Below are positions 44,311 to 51,830 of a stretch of 51,830 nucleotides of DNA, one piece after another. The translations under genes and the position numbers were made by a program. The stretch is from a virus. How positions within the stretch are numbered: position 1 is the first letter of the stretch; each line of letters starts with the position of its first letter. A model generated the notes under the pieces. That model ran no database searches, was not told where the DNA came from, and worked only from the letters and a program-made list of their open reading frames with translations. Location of the stretch: IMG/VR virus record IMGVR_UViG_3300033144_008177, positions 1 to 51,830 of that record; one strand, written 5' to 3'.

Positions 44311-45270
44311 TTATTCAATATATGCAGCACCTATAGTAAATCCAATAAGTTCAGAAATAATAGCAAACGTTTGCGGAACTTGAATATTATTATCTTCCAA
44401 ATAACTATCGACAGATCCATATGTAGTAGTTATATGTATTTGCAGCCTAAAAACAAAATCAAGAACAACTCTACTATAAGTATTATGTTTCAAATCTGCT
44501 TTTTTATAAGTTGCATTAACTCCTTCAAATAGCCACTGTTTATCTATATTTTGACTAATAACCTCTGAATTTTCCAAATCTCTTTTCATATTACACAAAG
44601 CGGTAGATATATTTTCTCCCCTATCTTGAGAGGTACTGATTAAATCAGAAACACTTTCATAAAAAGTTGTAAACTCTATAGAGAATAATAGGCTACCAGT
44701 CCCATCATATGTTATCTTAATATAATGATTTCCTACTCTTCTTGTTATATATTCGCCAATAATTGTAAATATCTTTTTATTTATAGAAGAGTTATTATCC
44801 CACAGGAACAACCCTCCTTCATTTTTTATTATAAAACTAACACCATCTATAACCATAGTGGCTATATCTCCTGCTGCTGAAGCAAAAATATAACAAGCAT
44901 CTCCAGCAACATATGTTGTACTTCCAGGAGTTACATAAAGGCATTCACCAACACTTGAGCTACTACTGCTAATGCTTGAGCTACTGCTGCTAATGCTTGA
45001 GCTACTACTAATTGAGCTGCTAGAACTCTTTGAAGAGCTTGAACTTGAACTTTTTGAACTTGAACTGCTTGAACTTTTTGAACTTGAACTGCTTGAACTT
45101 TTTGAACTTGAACTACTTGAACTTTTTAAACTTGAGCTGCTAGAACTCTTAGAGCTTGAGCTGCTAGAACTCTTTGAACTTGAACTACTGCTCTTAGATG
45201 AGCTGCTAGAACTCTTTGAACTTGAACTACTAGATGAAGCTTCAAGAATAGAATTCCATAAATCTATTAA
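44311..45270 (-). CDS. Polyserine linker + beta-domain + duplicated domain protein; start unresolved, possible frameshift
   Basis: The frame of track ORF 44311..44856 stays open through the Ser tract to 45270 (LIDLWNSILEASSSS...) with no in-frame ATG upstream of 44856. Confidence 0.6.
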   Translation of the reverse strand, partial: LIDLWNSILEASSSSSSSKSSSSSSKSSSSSSKSSSSSSSKSSSSSSLKSSSSSSSKSSSSSSSKSSSSSSSKSSSSSSSKSSSSSISSSSSISSSSSSISSSSSSVGECLYVTPGSTTYVAGDACYIFASAAGDIATMVIDGVSFIIKNEGGLFLWDNNSSINKKIFTIIGEYITRRVGNHYIKITYDGTGSLLFSIEFTTFYESVSDLISTSQDRGENISTALCNMKRDLENSEVISQNIDKQWLFEGVNATYKKADLKHNTYSRVVLDFVFRLQIHITTTYGSVDSYLEDNNIQVPQTFAIISELIGFTIGAAYIE

Positions 45271-45400
45271 CTACTTGAACTTCTTGAACTTGAGCTGCTT
45301 GAACTTTTTGAAGAACTTGAACTACTTGGATTACTTGAACTACTAGATCTTGAACTACTAGAACTTGAACTTTTTGAACTACTGCTTGATGTTCCTTGAT
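44955..45400 (-). repeat. Polyserine-coding tandem repeat, split by a frame change near 45268
   Basis: SSSSKS units on both sides of a TAA TAG. Confidence 0.9.
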
Positions 45401-48400
45401 ACTCAAATGGCCCAATATCTACTACATCTCCCGCTATTCTAGGTTGCCCTCCTAAATCTAATTCTCCAGTATCATAAGGATCATACCAAAAAACACTAGG
45501 ATTTCTTTGAGTTAAATCTCCCCCTCCATCTACAAACCCTGCTTCAATAACAGGAGAATTACTAGTTGGCATATAATCTGTTGCAGAATAATTATTTGGA
45601 TCAGCCTGATCACTAACGAATAAAGGTTCATCATTAATTGTTCCTACTTCTAAACTATTGCCATTCATATATGAAAGATAATCCGCAAAAGCAGTATAAT
45701 CTGTTCCATCTACTTTAAATTTTTCGGAACCATAATAAATGTTATTGCTAAAAATATAACTAGTAGAACTATTCCCATTCCAAAGAACAGATCTATTGTC
45801 ACTATTTAAAACTACAACAATATTATTCCTAAATTCTAAATACTCATTGTCATCATTCTCTGTAAGAGCACGAACTCCGCTATACCCTAAAAATAAATTA
45901 TTATAGACTTGACAATTATATGGAGCATAGGTAGTGAAAGAAGCCCATGTGGTTAAACTATCTGTATCATCTAAAACAATGTTATTATGTATAATATTTC
46001 CGTCACCAGAAAGAACAAATTGCCCTTTTATAAAATTATTTCTTATAATTGTATTTGCGGGAAGCGTTGTTGTAGAACCAGACCACGGATGCATCTCTTG
46101 CCCATATGACTTTTCTAAAAAATTACCATCTATTATCCCATTTGTTCCTGTGAAATAGATACAATGATCTTGATCGTTTCTCTCAAAAAATGGAGCAGAA
46201 GGATCTGTTAAAATATCATACTTTAATGGTCTTCCGCAATAACTAATTGTATTGTTATAGTAATATCCATTATCTCTACCTGCCAATATTCCTTGATAGT
46301 TTATATATTTAATAGTGTTGTTTAATATTCTTACATTGTCTGCTGAATTATTTCCTATTCCATCTCCAGCGGTTGTGACTTTTATTCCATCATAACTATA
46401 TTTTATTATAAGTCCATTAACCTCTACATTGGGAGATACAATTAAAATTCTATCATAGGTTCCTCCTATGTGAATATCAGTTTGAGTATTTGGATTAGTT
46501 CCATCAGCTAAGTACAAATAAACATCAATGTCATTTCCGTTTTCTTCAGAGTAAAATAAATCATATGTACTATTAAAAGACGGATCTGAATCTACCCCTT
46601 CTATAAGCGGATAATCTAATTCTTCTATTGTATTAACTCTACTTATTCCTCCTACATTTTCTCTTACTAAAAATGGATACCATAATATAAGATCCGAAGA
46701 AACAAAAAATACATAATTATCATCTTTAGATACAGAATTAGACCACTTGTTCCCACCAATATTAACCCATCCAGTAGATGCTGCTCTAGGTATTAAAATA
46801 GGAGTCTCACCAGGATATGCCTGTACAGTTAAATATTCTTGACCAACTTCTCCCTGAGTGATTTTTAATCCTTCGTTATATGTTCCTCCTCTCACAGAGA
46901 TAATATCTCCTGGACCAGACTGAGTAAGAGCATATGATATCGTGAGCCATGGATAACTAAAACTTCCATCTCCAAAATCATCACTTCCATCAGTGGCTAC
47001 ATAATAACCTAGTTTAGGAGACGATGGAGGCCATTCTGTTGAAGGATTATCTATTGATGGATTATCATACTCAAGCCAAATATGATTTTCAGTTAATACA
47101 TTAAGAGATGTATCTCCTAAATCATCAAATACTATAGTCGCTCTTTGATACTCTCTTCTCCATACCCCCCTATCAGCATCATAATAAGCAACAGGATCAA
47201 TAGGATTTCCCATTGGATATTCAAAAATAATACTATTAAAACTTGAAGATTCATAATTTGGTGCAATATAGAAATAAGTATTATCCTGAGCTATTAAATT
47301 GAAAAATAAGAACATTCGATAAACATAAGGATCATCATAAGTAGCTCCTGGACCGTCCGGAGGATCTGCAGAAATGTCTCCCAAATTATACAGATAGCAC
47401 ATCCTTCTGCCGTTTTCAGCAAAATTATCAATTCTACTTATATGCTTCTCTATTAAATTACAAAATATTGCTGATTCACAAGTTCCTCCATTTAAATAGC
47501 TTCCTGCATAAGCATATAGTTCTTCAAGAAAATAATTTCTATATTGGGAGTCAATGTCAAAATATAATCCATTTTGCATAATATCCATATACTCATTATT
47601 TATGGTATAATATCTTTCTTGGGCTTCTATTATGATAGATGCCCATAATCTAGCAAAATGTCTTACTGTATTTGCTCTTTGAACCTCTTGCGTTTGTGTC
47701 CAGTCTCTTTTATAATTATATTCATGTTCTATTCCTCTGTAATTTACATAACTATAATCTACATTAACATTATCAATATATATTCTATTCCCATTGTCAA
47801 TTCCTGGCCAAGTTCCTGTCGCAACTAACATCTGAACAAAATATTCTCTAACAGCTGGAGAATTAAAATTAAAAGCTGCACCATTAACATATCCTGTAGC
47901 AGGTCTAAATACTGTTAACCCTCTTTGATAATCTTTAACAGGATTTGTATCAATATAATAACCACCCTCATCAGTTTTTTTTACACCAACTATTGAATAT
48001 GTGTTTTCTCCAATAGTTTTATCCTCAGGATTCCAATTAATATCTAATCCATAATCTAGTTCTGTTCCATAAGGAAATAACGAATCATCAAGATTAGAAG
48101 GATCTGTAAAATTTGATGGATTATAAAAACTTGGATCTAAATGATAACCAGTATAACCTTTAGATGGATCATCTTCATTACCTACATTTGCTACCATATC
48201 TGCATGTATTTTTTGTACTATTTCATATTGCAAAAGTTCATAAGTTACTCTATTGGGTCGTGATGGCAAGGGAGGAATATCAAGTGTACTTCCATAGTAT
48301 TTAAACATTATATCTTCTATCTCTGCCCATGTTAAAAATGCACCAATATAAGGGTGCATTGAACCGCCCCAATCAACAGATGAATTATAAAGATAAAAAT

Positions 48401-48572
48401 CAATTTCACTCTGTGTAGCCTGAGATGGATTAACATAAACATAATGATTATAATTAGGAATCCATCCAGACCTTCCGCCTAAAGCAAATGCACAATCAAG
48501 CGGGAATGGACCTCCCCCAGCTGCGCTAAATCTCATATCAAAAAAGTTTAGATATTGATTATACTCAGTCAT
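45267..48572 (-). CDS. Putative glycoside-hydrolase-like + right-handed beta-helix (pectin-lyase-like) protein, 1101 aa
   Basis: FNFNSPAVREYF..IYIDNV..GVWRREY (GH-like barrel); YYVATDGSD..GDGS..PW.TI..A....PGD.I.VRGGTY; Asn-ladder repeats; DLGGQPR....VDIGPFEY anchor motif; Ser tail. Confidence 0.65.
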   Translation of the reverse strand: MTEYNQYLNFFDMRFSAAGGGPFPLDCAFALGGRSGWIPNYNHYVYVNPSQATQSEIDFYLYNSSVDWGGSMHPYIGAFLTWAEIEDIMFKYYGSTLDIPPLPSRPNRVTYELLQYEIVQKIHADMVANVGNEDDPSKGYTGYHLDPSFYNPSNFTDPSNLDDSLFPYGTELDYGLDINWNPEDKTIGENTYSIVGVKKTDEGGYYIDTNPVKDYQRGLTVFRPATGYVNGAAFNFNSPAVREYFVQMLVATGTWPGIDNGNRIYIDNVNVDYSYVNYRGIEHEYNYKRDWTQTQEVQRANTVRHFARLWASIIIEAQERYYTINNEYMDIMQNGLYFDIDSQYRNYFLEELYAYAGSYLNGGTCESAIFCNLIEKHISRIDNFAENGRRMCYLYNLGDISADPPDGPGATYDDPYVYRMFLFFNLIAQDNTYFYIAPNYESSSFNSIIFEYPMGNPIDPVAYYDADRGVWRREYQRATIVFDDLGDTSLNVLTENHIWLEYDNPSIDNPSTEWPPSSPKLGYYVATDGSDDFGDGSFSYPWLTISYALTQSGPGDIISVRGGTYNEGLKITQGEVGQEYLTVQAYPGETPILIPRAASTGWVNIGGNKWSNSVSKDDNYVFFVSSDLILWYPFLVRENVGGISRVNTIEELDYPLIEGVDSDPSFNSTYDLFYSEENGNDIDVYLYLADGTNPNTQTDIHIGGTYDRILIVSPNVEVNGLIIKYSYDGIKVTTAGDGIGNNSADNVRILNNTIKYINYQGILAGRDNGYYYNNTISYCGRPLKYDILTDPSAPFFERNDQDHCIYFTGTNGIIDGNFLEKSYGQEMHPWSGSTTTLPANTIIRNNFIKGQFVLSGDGNIIHNNIVLDDTDSLTTWASFTTYAPYNCQVYNNLFLGYSGVRALTENDDNEYLEFRNNIVVVLNSDNRSVLWNGNSSTSYIFSNNIYYGSEKFKVDGTDYTAFADYLSYMNGNSLEVGTINDEPLFVSDQADPNNYSATDYMPTSNSPVIEAGFVDGGGDLTQRNPSVFWYDPYDTGELDLGGQPRIAGDVVDIGPFEYQGTSSSSSKSSSSSSSRSSSSSNPSSSSSSKSSSSSSSRSSSS

Positions 48573-48580
48573 ATTTTTCT

Positions 48581-51500
48581 TTAGGTATATATAATATCAG
48601 AATATTGCCTTGTAGAATATTCAGTATCTGTTTCAACATTATATTGAGTAATTTCAAAATAGTAAGTTTCTCCACTAATCAAATATTCATCAATACTTAT
48701 TAATGGATCTAATCTACTTTCATATCTGACTCTTCTACCAATATAACTAGAAGAAACACCACTAGGTATTATAGGATAGAAAACATCTCTTTCTCTTTCA
48801 TAAGTCCAACTAGTCATTGAACTACTATTTATCTCATATGGTATAGCAAGAGTAGCATAAGTGCTATCGGTATAAACATTTAATTTGAAATGATAATGAA
48901 CAAAATTAGTATCATCGTCAGCTACCAAAAATTCAAATCTCCACCATCCCTCATCTAATAGATTATCATCTGTGATGATTCCTGCTCCTGTTATATCTCT
49001 CAATAACCTACTCACCTTAAATTCTTGTTGTGTTAAATAGCTATCTATACTGTTTATACTATTAAATCTTTTTTGAGGATACATAAACAATCTTTCAGTA
49101 ACAGAAGTTAATTCTGACAACCTTTGTATTTCATTATTTTGTTCATATAAAGTATTAGCAGAATTAAGTAGAACAAGTTCTGTAGATTTATTAATAGAAG
49201 TTAAATCAACAACATCTGTAAGAACATTATATAATTCACTATCTTTCTTCTTAAGATGAGCCGCTGCCCTTGCTAATTCTTTAGACATTCTATCCCATGA
49301 TTCATTTTCTTCTATTGTAGCTTCATCTTCTTCCTGATCTATAGGAAATCCAACTACAACAAGAGGATCTCCAAATAAAGTCACTGTCCAATCTAAGAAA
49401 GGAAGACTGAACAAATATGCTTCTCCCATAGTGCTTCCATTTTTTAATGCTCTGAAAAATGCTATTGGATTTAAAAATCCCTCATAAGTAGGATTAGACA
49501 TAGAACCAGCATTTCCTATATAACCATTATTTAAAGATAATAATGACCATGTTTTAGATCCTCTTCTTCTTACAGTAGAAGCACTCTCATAATCAGCATT
49601 ATAGAAAAAAACTCTTATAGTATTAGAATTTTGAAAGAAAGAATTATTTCCTCTACTTGTGAACCAAGACCATACAAAACTATCATCTGTTACATAAGGT
49701 ATCGCAGCATCTATATATGGATCTATAAAGGAAGTTGACCATGTATCTAGATTAAGTGTTGGTGCTAAATTATTATAAAAATCTAAAATACTATCTCTAT
49801 AAGCATCAGCAGTAGGACCAGCACGATCAGAATATGGATCTATATAAATAGTTCCATTAACAAAGTGTTGTCTATTCAAAACTTGTGCATTGTCAATATA
49901 TTGTTTAGCTAGTGCTAAAGTTGGAGCATCAATTCTGGAACAAATCAGAGCATCAGCAGCATCCGTAGCATCAAATCTCTTGAATATAGATTTGTTATAT
50001 AATTTATTTCCTATTTGCTTGGAAAATGTTTTATTAACTCTTGATACCCTAGAAGTAGAAGAAACAATATCAACTCCTCCACTACGAAACCCACCTGGAA
50101 CATTTAATCCTAAAATTATTCCCCAAATCGTCATCGATAACAAATCAACAGAATTACTTAACGCATCTTCTATTGGAGTCAATACATTATCATTAAATTC
50201 AGATTCAGATGATAATATTTCAACATTCGTACAATCTATTCCTAATAACTGGCCTCTTACTTCCCAATCTATTCCTCCAATATTTCCAGAATTGCCAGAT
50301 GGATCTCCAAGAGTAGTAGACATATTATAATAAGATGCATAATAATCGGCAAGAGCTAAGCTATCAGAATCATTTAACCTATACACAAAAATAAAATTAT
50401 CTTTAGAAATAGGATCTATAAAAGTTATTGAGAATAAAGGATCATCCGTTCCCTCATAAACAACTTTAAAAATAACATCTCCAATAGTTACCGTTACTTC
50501 CTCTCCAACAGTTACAAATACTTTTTTATCTGTAATAGAATCATAATCCCATGCAAAAGAACACCCCTCATTTTTTATTGTAAAACTAGTGCCATTTACA
50601 ATGATAGTTGCTGTATCATTTGTATTAGAATCAAATAAATAAATATTATCTTGAGAAACAGTCACTGTATCTCCACTATTTATAATAATATAACTACCTG
50701 AGCTTGAACTACTTTGAGAGCTTGAACTGCTTTGAGAGCTTGAGCTACTACTTTGAGAGCTTGAACTACTACTTTGAGAGCTTGAGCTACTACTTTGAGA
50801 GCTTGAGCTACTACTTTCAGAACTTGAACTGCTACTTTCTGAAGAACTTGATATACTACTACTTTCAGAACTTGAACTGCTACTTTCTGAAGAACTTGAG
50901 CTACTACTTTGAGAACTTGAGCTACTACTTTGAGAACTTGAGCTACTACTTTGAGAACTTGAGCTACTACTTTCAGAACTTGAGCTACTGCTTTCAGAAC
51001 TTGAGCTACTGCTTGGCTCAAATACAGATGGATTAATTTCAAAATCACTAAAATAAATAGTATAAGATGGTTTAGAATATTCATTATCAAATGTATCAGT
51101 GAAAAGAGGTGGTGTTCCTAATATGTCATCACTTCTCCTGAAAGTTAATACAATCCTATCATCATAAACATCTCCTCTACCCCAAGAGTGTTCCCAATAA
51201 GGTCCATCCTCTGGGCTATCACCTTGACCTGTATCATTACCAATATTTCCTATATCTATGTGAAGAGTTTTGTTTGGTGGGAAATTAGCGTCTTTTGGTT
51301 CATGTCCGAAATCTCCTGTATCATCAACAACAGCAGAAGGATAAAAAGTTTTAAACACATGAGTATGACCGTAAAAATAAGCTAATACTCCATAATCTTC
51401 CATCATCTGACAGAATAAATCTCTTGTCGCCCTATCTCTATCTAAACAGTTATCAGGTTTACGAGACCAATCTGGGTCAAAAGCTGGTTCATGAGCCATC

Positions 51501-51830
51501 ACTATTATTTGCTTACCTTCTTCTGCAGCTTGCTGTAATACTGCTTCTAACCATACAAGATTAGCAGCAGTAATTCTGCCATCATCGGTGTCATCATCAG
51601 CTGTGTTATCAACATTAGCATATATGTTAAGATTAATAAATCTTATAACGCCCCAATCCCAAGAATATTGTGTTTCTTCTATATTTCCAGATGTAGCTTC
51701 ATTAACTCCTCCAGGTCCATCTTCATTAGTGTAATCTTTTAACGGAGTTCTAGGAGGATTACCCTTTGCAGCCTGAACAGCAGCGTTTCCATTATTATAT
51801 TCATCTCTTGCCCAAGCTATAGCATCTCCG
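48581..51830 (-). CDS. Metallophosphoesterase + polyserine linker + TIGR03790-like domain protein, 5'-partial
   Basis: The frame is open to the right edge (YSWDWGVIRFINLN..LVWLE..IIVMAHEP..YFYGHTH is calcineurin-like). RIDAPTL..AKQYID and FFRALKNG.TMGEAYL.S..FLDW...FGDPL are TIGR03790-like. Confidence 0.7.
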   Translation of the reverse strand, partial: GDAIAWARDEYNNGNAAVQAAKGNPPRTPLKDYTNEDGPGGVNEATSGNIEETQYSWDWGVIRFINLNIYANVDNTADDDTDDGRITAANLVWLEAVLQQAAEEGKQIIVMAHEPAFDPDWSRKPDNCLDRDRATRDLFCQMMEDYGVLAYFYGHTHVFKTFYPSAVVDDTGDFGHEPKDANFPPNKTLHIDIGNIGNDTGQGDSPEDGPYWEHSWGRGDVYDDRIVLTFRRSDDILGTPPLFTDTFDNEYSKPSYTIYFSDFEINPSVFEPSSSSSSESSSSSSESSSSSSQSSSSSSQSSSSSSQSSSSSSSESSSSSSESSSISSSSESSSSSSESSSSSSQSSSSSSQSSSSSSQSSSSSSQSSSSSQSSSSSGSYIIINSGDTVTVSQDNIYLFDSNTNDTATIIVNGTSFTIKNEGCSFAWDYDSITDKKVFVTVGEEVTVTIGDVIFKVVYEGTDDPLFSITFIDPISKDNFIFVYRLNDSDSLALADYYASYYNMSTTLGDPSGNSGNIGGIDWEVRGQLLGIDCTNVEILSSESEFNDNVLTPIEDALSNSVDLLSMTIWGIILGLNVPGGFRSGGVDIVSSTSRVSRVNKTFSKQIGNKLYNKSIFKRFDATDAADALICSRIDAPTLALAKQYIDNAQVLNRQHFVNGTIYIDPYSDRAGPTADAYRDSILDFYNNLAPTLNLDTWSTSFIDPYIDAAIPYVTDDSFVWSWFTSRGNNSFFQNSNTIRVFFYNADYESASTVRRRGSKTWSLLSLNNGYIGNAGSMSNPTYEGFLNPIAFFRALKNGSTMGEAYLFSLPFLDWTVTLFGDPLVVVGFPIDQEEDEATIEENESWDRMSKELARAAAHLKKKDSELYNVLTDVVDLTSINKSTELVLLNSANTLYEQNNEIQRLSELTSVTERLFMYPQKRFNSINSIDSYLTQQEFKVSRLLRDITGAGIITDDNLLDEGWWRFEFLVADDDTNFVHYHFKLNVYTDSTYATLAIPYEINSSSMTSWTYERERDVFYPIIPSGVSSSYIGRRVRYESRLDPLISIDEYLISGETYYFEITQYNVETDTEYSTRQYSDIIYT
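50700..51015 (-). repeat. Polyserine-coding tandem repeat
   Basis: SSSSSQ/SSSSSE units, with 21-nt tandem repeats visible in the DNA. Confidence 0.9.

Noticed and set aside
45244-45262. prfB-type programmed +1 frameshift at TCT TGA
   Set aside because: The P-site codon is TCT rather than CTT and there is no internal SD, so it is not the RF2 mechanism. The generic frame problem is kept as a finding.
978-50330. Remaining short + strand and nested ORFs in the track
   Set aside because: They lie antisense to or inside long, motif-bearing minus-strand genes and have no RBS or recognisable motifs.
1-51830. cas1/cas2/cas4/cas6, tRNA, rRNA, integrase or transposase genes
   Set aside because: No supporting motifs were seen. 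They may exist elsewhere in the genome, and a tRNAscan run was not possible.

Overview
This is an AT-rich segment of a large (jumbo/huge) tailed phage genome, with essentially all genes on the minus strand. From right to left it contains: (1) large modular surface or virion enzymes joined by polyserine linkers (metallophosphoesterase + TIGR03790-like domain; glycoside-hydrolase-like + beta-helix); (2) the head-morphogenesis block, with terminase large subunit, about 20 small or medium head-associated ORFs, an intein-containing portal with a C-terminal DUF559 nuclease, a 2261-aa intein-containing prohead protease/scaffold, a decoration-like protein and the major capsid protein; (3) a free-standing LAGLIDADG endonuclease and an RHH-fused DNA methyltransferase; (4) a phage-encoded type I-C-like CRISPR-Cas locus; (5) a dense small-RNA/terminator interval and tail-fibre-like genes. 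The CRISPR locus is the most unusual element. Its order is cas5-cas8c-cas11-cas7-cas3-array, with no cas1/cas2/cas4 in the window. It has a stand-alone cas11 that is visibly paralogous to the Cas8c C-terminus. Its 36-nt repeats and roughly 30-nt spacers combine a I-C hairpin and handle with type II-like geometry. The trailer-end spacer partially matches the 5' UTR of the cas operon, with mismatches at Cascade's flipped-out positions 6 and 12, which suggests RNA-guided autorepression. Also notable are a recurrent AGGATT-N15-GAATAT (SigH-like) late promoter and a recurrent K-x-A-(Q/S) motif in head proteins that may be a maturation-protease or packaging signal. All family assignments come from motifs read by eye; no database searches were run.
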